Source: a virus | Virus record (IMG/VR): IMGVR_UViG_3300050190_000059 | Coordinates: 1-64,000 of that record | Length of the DNA stretch: 64,000 bases | Direction: 5' to 3' (one strand) | Shown: piece after piece, positions 15,223 to 24,091 of the stretch | Layout: every line of letters begins with the position of its first letter | Position numbering within the stretch: position 1 is the stretch's first letter | Notes under the pieces: generated by a model | The model's input: only the letters and a program-made list of their open reading frames with translations | What the model was told of the DNA's origin: nothing | Database searches by the model: none | Translations under genes and position numbers: made by a program

Positions 15223-15556
15223 ATTCATCGGCAAAATCTCGTTCGAAGGGAAAATGAACGGTCTACCCCCAGAGATTTTCGGCTTCGTCACGCTCCAAGA
15301 CGCGGACAACAAAACCATCAGCGACGCGATTGCAGGCCAATTCGGACGCTACCGCGAGATGGGTGGAATGGTTTCTGAGAAGGACCAAGGCTCGCCCGTC
15401 AATCGGCAAATCACGTGGCTCGGTCACATGTACGTGCCGTTCCATTGGATTGTTAACGTTCAAGTCGCCCTCATCAACTTGAGTCAAGAAATATCTGTAC
15501 CGGACGAAAAGGGTGTCGAACGTCTTGTCGACGGCACCGAACTGGTTAAGAACTAA
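15206..15556 (+). CDS. hypothetical protein
   Basis: 116-aa ORF. The start is uncertain (ATG 15254 is an alternative). Confidence 0.55.
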   Translation: MQQIIKFIGKISFEGKMNGLPPEIFGFVTLQDADNKTISDAIAGQFGRYREMGGMVSEKDQGSPVNRQITWLGHMYVPFHWIVNVQVALINLSQEISVPDEKGVERLVDGTELVKN

Positions 15557-15590
15557 TGACACCCCTCAAACCGCTGTTGAAAGGAACACT

Positions 15591-16310
15591 ATGATCGTCG
15601 TAGGATTGGACATCGAAGCAACGGGTCTCGACAAGGTCAAGGACCGCCCAATAGAAATTGGCGTGACCTTGTGGACCACGAAATATAACCGTGGTCTAGA
15701 TACCCGCGCGCTTCTTGTCCAGTCTGACGGCGTTCCTGTCACCGAAGAAATCACTGGCATCACTGGCATCACTCAGGGCATGATCGACAGTTTTGGTTAC
15801 ACACCGGAGGAGGCCTACGACGAGGCGATGTACTTTGTGGAGCGCGCCGATGCTATCGTGGCTTTCAATGGTATCCGCTACGACATCCCGATGATGCACC
15901 AGTGGGCGAAGCGAATTCAGAAACAGTTTCCCGATAAATTAATCATCGACCCGTCTACAGATTTACCGATGCGCAGTCAAGAACTGATTACGATGTGCGC
16001 CAAGATGGGCATTTACTATGACCCGCACGAGGCGGGCGCGGACGTCGGCGCGATGCTCCGGCTAATGGGCAAGTTCGACTTCAATGGCGTACTCGCGAGA
16101 TCGAAAAGTCCTACAGTCGTGGTGCGGTCGATGCAAGGCCGCAACGAGAACGACAAGGTTAAGAGGCACAAGTTTCGTTGGAACCCAGATCATAAGATTT
16201 GGTGGAAGGCCGTGAAAGAGATCGATTTGATCGACTTGCAGCAGGCGGTCAACAACGAATTCGAGATGCAGGTCCTTGACTTGCAGCCCGAAGATTTAGA
16301 AGATCAGTAG
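15591..16310 (+). CDS. DnaQ-like DEDDh 3'-5' exonuclease
   Basis: VVGLDIEATGL (Exo I), IVAFNGIRYDIPMM (Exo II), HEAGADVGAM (Exo III). RBS GAAAGGAA. Confidence 0.8.
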   Translation: MIVVGLDIEATGLDKVKDRPIEIGVTLWTTKYNRGLDTRALLVQSDGVPVTEEITGITGITQGMIDSFGYTPEEAYDEAMYFVERADAIVAFNGIRYDIPMMHQWAKRIQKQFPDKLIIDPSTDLPMRSQELITMCAKMGIYYDPHEAGADVGAMLRLMGKFDFNGVLARSKSPTVVVRSMQGRNENDKVKRHKFRWNPDHKIWWKAVKEIDLIDLQQAVNNEFEMQVLDLQPEDLEDQ

Positions 16311-16355
16311 ACTCAAACTAACTACGTGGTAACCCCACTAAAGGAAAACCAAATC

Positions 16356-16988
16356 ATGGAAATCAGAACACAAAAGCCGTTTGAAAAACCGGAAGGTGGT
16401 TCATACATTGGTACCATCATCGACGTCACGCCGAAGGAAGTAGCCGATACCGACTACCTCACCCGTTTGCAGAAGGTCGACGGCAACGGTAAGGGCTTGA
16501 CGAAGGTTCAAGTCACCTTCACGTGGACGATGGGATTTGCCGACGGCAAGCCTGCCGTTGATTCAGAAGGTCGCGCGTTTCAGGTGTTTGAAACGTACGA
16601 CGCATACCAGAATCCAGCGAAGCCATCGAAGTTGGACAAAGCAATTACGCAGATTTTGAATACTGCCGCTCCACTTCTCTCGAACACCGATCAGTTGGAA
16701 CCACTGTTGCTCGGAAGGTCCAACGAGTTGTTCATCACCAAGACCCCGAAGGTCAATAACCCGAACGAAATGACTGTTAAGGTTATTGGTCACTCACCGC
16801 TGAAACCCGGACAAATTGCCCCGGTTGTACCAGTGGGCTTCGTCCGCTTCAAGGACCGAGTCAAGACCGTAGCTGGACCGCAAGGTCGTCCCGTGCAGAC
16901 GTACGAGGCTCCCCTGCAGACCCAACAGCCAGCGCAGAATGTGTCGCTCAACGCGGGCGCACCAGCGGGCACCCCAGAAGCATTCTAA
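16356..16988 (+). CDS. hypothetical protein (possible ssDNA-binding protein by position only)
   Basis: Sits between the exonuclease and primase genes. P/Q-rich tail ends in ..TPEAF. No diagnostic motif was recognised. Confidence 0.6.
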   Translation: MEIRTQKPFEKPEGGSYIGTIIDVTPKEVADTDYLTRLQKVDGNGKGLTKVQVTFTWTMGFADGKPAVDSEGRAFQVFETYDAYQNPAKPSKLDKAITQILNTAAPLLSNTDQLEPLLLGRSNELFITKTPKVNNPNEMTVKVIGHSPLKPGQIAPVVPVGFVRFKDRVKTVAGPQGRPVQTYEAPLQTQQPAQNVSLNAGAPAGTPEAF

Positions 16989-17023
16989 TCTTCCTCAAAC
17001 GGGAAAGCCACCGCACATAAGGC

Positions 17024-17052
17024 TTGACACCACGGAGAGCACGTGGTATAAT
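17024..17052 (+). promoter_or_regulatory. near-consensus promoter, extended -10
   Basis: TTGACA (17024-17029), 17 nt, TGG TATAAT (-10 at 17047-17052). Confidence 0.7.
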
Positions 17053-17068
17053 ATTTGAGGAGTAAAGA

Positions 17069-17686
17069 ATGCCACATCAGAAACAGTTAGGAAGTCATCT
17101 ATCTAAAGAGTTTCGCCGCGCTTTACGAAAACAGCGCGAGAGCGATGGCTTTTGTAGCCAATGTGGTGAAGTAGTAGAAAAAGACCTTAAGAACCGCGTC
17201 ACAGGAAAACTCCGTAGAATGTGTCGCGCTTGTCTGCGAAAGCACGCGGATAAAACTAGCCAAGTAAGAAAATCCCGATCAACTCAAAATCTTTGTGAAC
17301 GCTGCGGTCAAAGACCGCCCAAAGATGGTGTTAAAAGTTGCGCCGAGTGTACACGATATCTCTCTGAAAACCAAAGGAAATATAGGCACGCTCGATTTTT
17401 CGATAACAGGGCGCGCACTCTAGGAACTTACTCAGTAGGGTTTGCGAAAGAGTTATGTTTTCTTTGGAAACGTCAGCGTGGAAAGTGTGCCCTTACCGGG
17501 CGTCGACTGAGCCGAGATAACTCTGAAATAGATCACATAGTCCCGCTTTCTAGAGGCGGCAGTGATGAAATTTCCAATCTGCGATGGCTGCACAAGGATG
17601 TAAATCAAGCCAAGAGAAGTTTATCAGACGATGAATTTATTACGATGTGTTCGGAAGTAGCGTGGGCAGCGCGAGGGCAGAAATGA
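17069..17686 (+). CDS. HNH endonuclease
   Basis: Multiple CxxC pairs N-terminally. EIDHIVPLSRGGSDEISNLRWLHKDVNQAKR is a canonical HNH motif. Confidence 0.85.
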   Translation: MPHQKQLGSHLSKEFRRALRKQRESDGFCSQCGEVVEKDLKNRVTGKLRRMCRACLRKHADKTSQVRKSRSTQNLCERCGQRPPKDGVKSCAECTRYLSENQRKYRHARFFDNRARTLGTYSVGFAKELCFLWKRQRGKCALTGRRLSRDNSEIDHIVPLSRGGSDEISNLRWLHKDVNQAKRSLSDDEFITMCSEVAWAARGQK

Positions 17687-19722
17687 ATTTTCTTGAGAAA
17701 GCCACACCGACCGCAGTTAAAGGAGTTGCGGTAATTCGTTTGCGTCCGAATGCTAAAGCGGCCATAGATGTCGGCTGGCCCCAGCTTGCGACTACAGATA
17801 TTGAAACTTTGAAAAAGTGGAACGAAGAGACACCGGACGCAAACTGCGGAGCCGTTGCTACCCCGGGTGGCGTGTGGTATTGGGAAGTCGATTCGCCTGA
17901 TGTAATTCCTCGCCTACAAAAAGAAACCGGGCAACAGGTACCAGAGACCTTTAAGGTCAGATCAAGAAAAGGTCGCGGCCACTTTTACTGGAAGTCGACC
18001 GAAGCCAGCCGCGCAATGGGGAACCTATCTCAGAGCTATGTCATAGGTCAGGATTGGTCTGCTCGTGTAAACAACGCTTACGTCGTGGCACAAAACTCTC
18101 TCCACCCAGACACTGGACTCCCATATACAGCTTTAAATCCCGATGCAGAAATCGTTGAAGCACCGGATTGGCTAGTGCAGTGGCTGGTATCCCAAAAGAT
18201 TCAGAAGATAACCCCCCAAGGCGCGGATGCGACCCCGCGCGATTTCAATAATAAAGTGCCCCACGGTTCGATACATGGTTTTCTTCTCTCCACAGCGGGC
18301 CGTCTCAGAGCCGCAGGTTTAACCCAAGACGAGATTGAGGTGGCTCTCGTTCGTATCGCAGAAGAACAGTGCGCCCCACCTGTCGATTTTTCGAAAGTGC
18401 GGACGATGGCGAAGTCGATTTGCAACTTCCCTCCGGGCCAGCAGGGCCACAGCATCGCGCTGTCGCAGCCGCCGCAGTCAGCGGCGACCGAGGTAGCAGA
18501 GGATGCGCCGGAGTTCGTGACCATCGAGTATCCGCTGTTCCCACGCCACGTGATGTTTGGCACCAGCATTTACGATGGATTCATCAAACCATATTGCGAA
18601 AACAGTTCACGCATCGATTACTTCATGTTTATACCGACCGCTGCGCTGATGATGAACTACCTTGGCACCAAGGTCACCGTTCCGTTCTCTTCGTGGAAGC
18701 CAAGTTTTTATATTGTGCTGATTGGTAAGAAGGCGCGCACGCACAAGACATCGTCTATCAAGGACGCGATGAAGTTTTTGGAGTATGGCAGTAGCTTGGC
18801 AATGTATTCGAAGAATGTCAAGAACGCTGATGGAAAATCTTTAGTGTGGCAGGTAGGTTCGCCGGAAGGTCTCGGCACCGATATGATGCGCACCAACTGC
18901 AAGAACGCGGTTCTCTCTTACGGCGAGCTATCTACGCTGGTAGGAAAGGCCCGCATCGAGGGCAGCAGCATGAAGAGCGCGCTGCTGGATTTGTACGAGT
19001 CAGACAACTTCTCCAACTCGATTAAGACCAAGAAGGACACGTTCAGCATCGACCCGGGCAGCTACGTGACGACGCTCATTACGGCCACGACCGACAAAAA
19101 GTTCACTGAACTGTGGTCACAACTTGCCGGAGAAGACAGCGGATTAAACGACCGCTTCACGTGGGTATTGGAGCCTCAGACGTTGCCAGAGAAGAAATTG
19201 GAGAACACGGTAAACTATAACGAGGCCGCGCTGGCGACCCGCCGCATCATGGACAACGCCGTCCAGAAGGGCAAGTATGAGTTCTTCGATAAGACCCCGT
19301 TGCAGCGCATCTTATTAGTGTACGGCCCTCGCCAAGTGGCCCGCGCGGAGAAATGGGCGTTGTACTTCGCGATTGATTTGCAGCTTGACGAGATCGATGA
19401 GGACTGTGTAGCACGCGGCATCGAGATGGTGAAGTACGAAGAGGCCGTCAAGGATTACTTGCTGACTTTCGAAGCGAAAAACGATGAGTCGGCGATTCAG
19501 CAGGGTGTGGTGCGCCTGCTTAAGAAGAACGGCGGATTGATGGAGAAGCGCGACATCGTGCGCGCGCTGAACGCGAACAAGTACGGCGGCACCATCTGGG
19601 ACCGTTCTTACAACTGGCTCGTGAACTCCGGCCACATAGTTCAGTACGGTAAGGGCATTAAAGGCGACCCGTGCATGGTCAAGCTGTTGCGCGACATGTC
19701 TTTTGGAAGGGACGACGATTAA
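17683..19722 (+). CDS. bifunctional primase-polymerase (Prim-Pol) / helicase-like replication protein
   Basis: N-terminus has LRPNAKAAIDVGW, GRGHFYW and AYVVAQNSLHPDTGLPY (prim-pol motifs). The centre has LIGKKARTHKTS (Walker A-like, DUF3987-type). Confidence 0.75.
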   Translation: MNFLEKATPTAVKGVAVIRLRPNAKAAIDVGWPQLATTDIETLKKWNEETPDANCGAVATPGGVWYWEVDSPDVIPRLQKETGQQVPETFKVRSRKGRGHFYWKSTEASRAMGNLSQSYVIGQDWSARVNNAYVVAQNSLHPDTGLPYTALNPDAEIVEAPDWLVQWLVSQKIQKITPQGADATPRDFNNKVPHGSIHGFLLSTAGRLRAAGLTQDEIEVALVRIAEEQCAPPVDFSKVRTMAKSICNFPPGQQGHSIALSQPPQSAATEVAEDAPEFVTIEYPLFPRHVMFGTSIYDGFIKPYCENSSRIDYFMFIPTAALMMNYLGTKVTVPFSSWKPSFYIVLIGKKARTHKTSSIKDAMKFLEYGSSLAMYSKNVKNADGKSLVWQVGSPEGLGTDMMRTNCKNAVLSYGELSTLVGKARIEGSSMKSALLDLYESDNFSNSIKTKKDTFSIDPGSYVTTLITATTDKKFTELWSQLAGEDSGLNDRFTWVLEPQTLPEKKLENTVNYNEAALATRRIMDNAVQKGKYEFFDKTPLQRILLVYGPRQVARAEKWALYFAIDLQLDEIDEDCVARGIEMVKYEEAVKDYLLTFEAKNDESAIQQGVVRLLKKNGGLMEKRDIVRALNANKYGGTIWDRSYNWLVNSGHIVQYGKGIKGDPCMVKLLRDMSFGRDDD

Positions 19723-20915
19723 TGGTAGAAGTGCATATCGACTTCGAATCACGCAACCCCCTCGTTGGACCAAGCGACGTAGGATTGCACAACTACATCT
19801 TCTCCCCGGAGACGGAGCCGTTATTCCTTTGGTACAAGATAGGCGAGGGCGAATATAAGCGTGTGTCCTTTTATCTTGGCGAGATCATTGAACAGTCATC
19901 AGAACTTCATATGGCGTTGATGAATCCGAATGTGGCGTTCGTTGCGTTCAATAGCGCGTTCGAGCGTTACATGTTCCAGAAGCTAAACTACATCATCCCG
20001 GCCAGTCGTTTCATCGACCCGCAGGTCGGCGGTCGGTATCTGTCGCTCCCGGCCAGCTTGGAAGTGCAAGGCAAGGTGCTGGGACTGCCGCCGAGTTTGG
20101 CGAAGCAAGAGGGCGACCTTGTACAGTTCTTTTGCAAACACCAGATCGTAAAGGCCACCAAGAAGCGCGAGGGCCGCGCGTACTACAACGATTGGAACTC
20201 TCACCCGAAAGAGTGGGCCGAGTTCCTCGAATACGGTAGACAGGACGTGGTCGCAGAGGGCGAGCTACTCCGTCGCATGCGAATACTGGGCGCGCTGCCG
20301 CTGCCGGAATTCGAACAACAGGTGTGGATTCTCGACCAGAAGATTAATGATCGCGGGATGCCCGTGGACGTCGAGTTCGTTCGCAAGATGTACAACCTTG
20401 GTCTCCGCGCGAAGGCTGAAGCTAAGAAGAACTTTGAAGATTTTACAGGCGTGAAGAACGCCAACTCACCAGCGCAGGTCAAAGCGTGGGCGAAGCCACA
20501 AGGCTACCCGTTCGACACCTTGAAGAAAGACACCGTCGCCTCGGTGCTTAAGGACCCCGAAATAAAACTCACTGATGCGTGCCGCGCTGCGCTAAAGATG
20601 CGCGCAGAGGCCGCCAGCACTAGCTACCAGAAACTCGGGAAGATTCTCGAATGCGTTTCATCAGATGGGAGAGTTCATGGTCAATTCATCTTTATGGGTT
20701 CAAGCCGTTGCGGTCGTTGGTCTGGGAACGCAGTCCAGCTTCATAACTTTGCTCGTCCGACGCTCGTGGGTGGGTATGATTTTGAAGATCAAAAAGTTGT
20801 TAAAGAAGCCAGAGAGTTCATTTATCGAGAAGATTACGACGGCATAAAACAGAAGTATGGGTCAGTCCTATTAGTAGTGAAATCTCTCATTCGAACAGTC
20901 TTTGTCGCGCCATGA
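19722..20915 (+). CDS. family A DNA polymerase, N-terminal fragment (3'-5' exo domain + N-terminal part of the pol domain)
   Basis: HIDFESRN (Exo I), FVAFNSAFERYMF (Exo II), YGRQDVVAE (Exo III), GSSRCGRWSGNAVQLHNFARP. The ORF stops just before motif A. Confidence 0.8.
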   Translation: MVEVHIDFESRNPLVGPSDVGLHNYIFSPETEPLFLWYKIGEGEYKRVSFYLGEIIEQSSELHMALMNPNVAFVAFNSAFERYMFQKLNYIIPASRFIDPQVGGRYLSLPASLEVQGKVLGLPPSLAKQEGDLVQFFCKHQIVKATKKREGRAYYNDWNSHPKEWAEFLEYGRQDVVAEGELLRRMRILGALPLPEFEQQVWILDQKINDRGMPVDVEFVRKMYNLGLRAKAEAKKNFEDFTGVKNANSPAQVKAWAKPQGYPFDTLKKDTVASVLKDPEIKLTDACRAALKMRAEAASTSYQKLGKILECVSSDGRVHGQFIFMGSSRCGRWSGNAVQLHNFARPTLVGGYDFEDQKVVKEAREFIYREDYDGIKQKYGSVLLVVKSLIRTVFVAP

Positions 20916-21334
20916 AAAATAAATCCTGCAAACACGGCAAACAGAAGGGACACTGTCGCAAATGTAACCCTAAGAAGTTTTGTGCGCACGAAGTTCATCG
21001 CAGCCATTGCCGTGTTTGCAGTCCTCGTGGTTGGGCATCTGGTATTCTATCAGTTGCAAGGGGCGCTGCTCATCGTCGCAATTATGCAGCACCACAAATA
21101 ACTCCAGAGGATTTAGTTCGTTTGATGTCAAAAAGTGATGAGTGCGTGATGTGCGGGAGTGGACTAGTTTGGACTAAACCAAGACCGCATCTTCATCACG
21201 ACCATAAGACAGGTGAAGTAAAAGGTTTTAGTCATCCTAATTGTAATTTCGCAGAGGGTATGCTGTCAAAGATGTCCGACGTGGAAAGAAAAACATTTAT
21301 TCGAGAAGTATTTCCCGAGGTTTTGGCACAATGA
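20912..21334 (+). CDS. free-standing HNH/Endo VII-like homing endonuclease inserted in the polymerase gene
   Basis: CVMCGSGL...HLHHDHKTGEVKGFSHPNCN. ATGA overlaps at both ends. Paralog of 46430..46870. Confidence 0.8.
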   Translation: MKNKSCKHGKQKGHCRKCNPKKFCAHEVHRSHCRVCSPRGWASGILSVARGAAHRRNYAAPQITPEDLVRLMSKSDECVMCGSGLVWTKPRPHLHHDHKTGEVKGFSHPNCNFAEGMLSKMSDVERKTFIREVFPEVLAQ

Positions 21335-22425
21335 GTACTCGCTTCAACGTATGTGACCTCAATGCTATAGAAACGCGGGTAGGTGCTTGGTTAGCAAATT
21401 GTACAGACCTTATGAGCGTGTTCGTGCCGTACACCGACGTGTTTGGTGTTTACCAGCGCAACGGTCGCGACCCGTACCTCGCGTTCGCGTGTAAGATGTT
21501 TGGTCTGACGTACGATGTCCTTTACGCCGACTATAAGGGTAGAAACGGCAAAGAGCGCAAGGCTGCCGCGAAGCGTATGCGACAAGTCGCGAAGCCGGGA
21601 GTGCTGGGAGCCATCTACCGTCTCGCTGGCGGCATACTTATACGCATCCACACAGATGAGTGCAAGCTGGCGCAATCGAAGGGAGAGATAAAGGCCGACG
21701 AATGCGGCTGCCCCAAGGGTAAGACGGGTCTCTGGGACTACGCGGATAAGATGGGCGTCGAGATGTCCCAGAAACAATCGCACGAGGTGGTGGACATCTT
21801 CCGCAACTCGTACCCAGAAATATGTGACCCGAAGGTTGGAATTTGGAAGCAGTTGGAACTCGCGGTCGCCGACGTGATGCACCCGAACCACCCGGCCACG
21901 GTTCGTTATATCGGCCCGGGCAACTGTGTGAAGATCGACCGCATCAACTTCATTGACCCAGTGACGGGTGAGCAAGAGCGTCACCCAATGATGAGGATGC
22001 AATTACCGAGTGGCCGTTACCTGCACTATTTAGACGCGCGTCTCGAATCAACGATGATGCCGTGGAAGGGACAAGACGACGATGGAAACGAAATTGACGT
22101 TTACCGTGACAGCCTCATTTACGCCGGAACAAATCAGAAGACTAAGCAGTGGGATATCTGGATTTCCACCCACGGCGGGAAACTCTTTGAAAATCTCGTC
22201 CAAGGAATCGCAAGAGATATTCTGGCCTACTGTCTTCTCCAATTTGAAGAGCAAGAAATGCCCGTGGTGGGCCACGTTCACGACGAGGGCCTTACGTTGG
22301 TTGAAGACGATATTCTCTCGCCTACGTACCACGACATGGTCGAGATAATGAGTACGCCCATTAACTGGGCACCGGGTCTGTTGCTGGGCGCGGATGGATA
22401 TGAGGAGACGTACTACCACAAATGA
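21331..22425 (+). CDS. family A DNA polymerase, C-terminal fragment (motifs A, B, C)
   Basis: CDLNAIETRVGAWLA (motif A), RQVAKPGVLGAIYRLAGG (motif B), VGHVHDEGL (motif C). Confidence 0.8.
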   Translation: MSTRFNVCDLNAIETRVGAWLANCTDLMSVFVPYTDVFGVYQRNGRDPYLAFACKMFGLTYDVLYADYKGRNGKERKAAAKRMRQVAKPGVLGAIYRLAGGILIRIHTDECKLAQSKGEIKADECGCPKGKTGLWDYADKMGVEMSQKQSHEVVDIFRNSYPEICDPKVGIWKQLELAVADVMHPNHPATVRYIGPGNCVKIDRINFIDPVTGEQERHPMMRMQLPSGRYLHYLDARLESTMMPWKGQDDDGNEIDVYRDSLIYAGTNQKTKQWDIWISTHGGKLFENLVQGIARDILAYCLLQFEEQEMPVVGHVHDEGLTLVEDDILSPTYHDMVEIMSTPINWAPGLLLGADGYEETYYHK

Positions 22426-22553
22426 GCGATAAACCTAACTGTCCGAACTCAGATATAGCCCAGAAGGTGCATCACAACTGTATTCAAAAGATTGTCAATG
22501 GTCGCCCCGCGTGGGTCTGTCCACTGTGTTGGAAAATTGTATACATAAAGTGA
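22422..22553 (+). CDS. small zinc-ribbon protein (43 aa)
   Basis: ATGA coupling. CPNS...HHNC...CPLC. Below the ORF-track cutoff. Confidence 0.45.
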   Translation: MSDKPNCPNSDIAQKVHHNCIQKIVNGRPAWVCPLCWKIVYIK

Positions 22554-22560
22554 GGACAAA

Positions 22561-22716
22561 ATGAGATTACAAACAGACGACCGTTGCATGATTTGCGGAC
22601 AAGACGAACCGGGAGAACTCTCGTGGTGCACGTACTGCGGGCTGGGACTTTGTTTCGATTGTGTCGTCGACCACGAAGAGTATTGCGATGACAATGACGC
22701 GGACGGTCGGTCATAA
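22561..22716 (+). CDS. small Cys-rich zinc-binding protein (51 aa)
   Basis: GAGGA RBS. CMICGQ...CTYCG..CFDC...HEEYC. Confidence 0.5.
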   Translation: MRLQTDDRCMICGQDEPGELSWCTYCGLGLCFDCVVDHEEYCDDNDADGRS

Positions 22717-22725
22717 AAATAATGC

Positions 22726-22755
22726 TTGACAAAGGTACTAGGACTATGGTACTGT
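22726..22755 (+). promoter_or_regulatory. promoter
   Basis: TTGACA (22726-22731), 18 nt, TACTGT (22750-22755), with TG at 22747-22748. GTACT at 22735 and 22749. Confidence 0.45.
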
Positions 22756-22771
22756 TAATTATGGAGACACC

Positions 22772-24091
22772 ATGAGCAAAAAACAGCTAGTTATTCAGCA
22801 CGATTTATCGAAGTTAGACGCACCCACGCTGGCGCAGTATCTGCGCGACGTCAGCGAGTTTATTGGGCTGGACCCAGACCTGAACGCACTCGACACCATC
22901 TGGATGCAGAACGAGAACGGCCCCGGCCAGTCGCTGGTAGTGTACGCGCGCCGTGGCACCGCAGAGATTCTCCGCAATAAGCTGGGCATCCAAGTAACCT
23001 CGCTGACTTCTGCCGTCACCCAAGGCTCGATTGTCTTCACCGCAGCGGGTAACATAGATTTTCACGATGAGACCAAACGACACGAGATCGCGGTCGGTTC
23101 GAAGTACATCACAGGATTAACGGGCAAGGCGTTGGATGACGCGATTATGACCGCGAGCACCCGCGCGCTACGCCGTCTAACGATGCAATTCACCACGCTG
23201 GGTCTGCTCGACGAGAGCGAGGTCAAGTCGACCGTGGGCGACACCGTCAACCTCGCCGCTGCCGTGACACTCGCGGGCAGCGCGATGGTAATCCCGCCGC
23301 AGCCAGCCACCGTCAACAACGCGCCGGGTAAAGACGTCACAGGAATCGTCGCGGTGGGCGGCGGTTCGACCGGGGTGAGTACGGGGGGAGTAGGAATCAC
23401 CACTATACTCAAGCCGACGATGCAAGAAATGCGCGACGAGGCCACCGCTTTCCTTGCGGCAAAACCAGCGGCGAAACAACCGGACATTAATCCGGCCATT
23501 TCACCAGAACAACCTGTTTCAACATCCGTTGAATCAACGACTTCCAGTGAAACTGAACCGGACAAACAAGTGGACAAACCATCGGCAGAAACATCGGCAA
23601 AACCGAAGCGCGCACGTAAGGCGAAGAACAGCGTATCTTTGGAGACGAGTGGCCCGGAACCGGAGATCGTTACCAAACCAGACCTGCCGAGTCCGGGTGC
23701 CCTGTCTCTGGCACCTATTAACCCGAACACGTTTGCCCCGGTTGTCGCAGCCCCGATTAACACGCAAAGCCTCACCATGACCGCCCCGTTGCCAGCAACG
23801 GCCCCCGTGGCACCCGCCAGCGTCGCCGACTTCGCCGGGAAACCGTCCGCCGAACAAATGGCCGACTACCGCAAGAAGGTTTCGGTATTCACGTCCCAAC
23901 TCCCGTCCAGCGAAAATCTAGGAAGCGTCCAAAAGATGCGCGCCTTTATCACTAAGATGTCCGGTCACACGCCACAATTCATGACAACCGAACAATGGGA
24001 AGAAACGCTGGCTTGGTTCGAGTTCTTCGTAGGACGCAACCAGATCAAAGGCCTTGTCACCTACATCAACGACACCCTTGGGGTCAAGTGA
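22772..24091 (+). CDS. hypothetical protein; possible single-strand annealing protein with a long P/A/T/S-rich linker
   Basis: The N-terminal ~170 aa contain GKALDDAIMTASTRALRRLTMQF, which resembles the conserved helix of Rad52/Sak-type SSAPs (weak). Residues ~175-330 are low-complexity. Confidence 0.7.
   Translation: MSKKQLVIQHDLSKLDAPTLAQYLRDVSEFIGLDPDLNALDTIWMQNENGPGQSLVVYARRGTAEILRNKLGIQVTSLTSAVTQGSIVFTAAGNIDFHDETKRHEIAVGSKYITGLTGKALDDAIMTASTRALRRLTMQFTTLGLLDESEVKSTVGDTVNLAAAVTLAGSAMVIPPQPATVNNAPGKDVTGIVAVGGGSTGVSTGGVGITTILKPTMQEMRDEATAFLAAKPAAKQPDINPAISPEQPVSTSVESTTSSETEPDKQVDKPSAETSAKPKRARKAKNSVSLETSGPEPEIVTKPDLPSPGALSLAPINPNTFAPVVAAPINTQSLTMTAPLPATAPVAPASVADFAGKPSAEQMADYRKKVSVFTSQLPSSENLGSVQKMRAFITKMSGHTPQFMTTEQWEETLAWFEFFVGRNQIKGLVTYINDTLGVK

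Noticed and set aside
15755-15785. Short tandem repeat ATCACTGGC x2.5 inside the exonuclease gene
   Set aside because: It is in-frame (encoding ..EITGITGITQG..) and too short to be more than a slippage duplication. No independent feature is inferred.
16356-16988. Calling this ORF an SSB
   Set aside because: Only its position between the exonuclease and primase supports the call. No OB-fold motif or acidic C-terminal tail was recognised, so it is annotated as hypothetical.
21391-22002. 203-aa antisense ORF inside the polymerase C-fragment (also 22048..22419 -)
   Set aside because: It lies opposite a gene with unmistakable Pol A motifs A-C. Its composition is H/R/V-rich, typical of the antisense of a coding region.
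19722-22425. Intein or group I intron as the cause of the split polymerase
   Set aside because: The insert is a separate ORF with its own ATG and overlapping stops. It has no N-terminal Cys/Ser or C-terminal HN intein blocks, the C-fragment begins Met-Ser-Thr, and no non-coding structured flanks exist.
22449-22732. Two minus-strand ORFs (81 and 82 aa) after the polymerase
   Set aside because: The + strand encodes two SD- or ATGA-coupled Cys4 mini-proteins that fit the operon. The minus ORFs would be isolated against the transcription direction.
23062-23778. 238-aa antisense ORF (plus 23177..23479, 23534..23899 and the + alternative-frame 23454..23780)
   Set aside because: These lie within the low-complexity P/A/T/S linker of 22772..24091, where all frames stay open. 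There are no expression signals.
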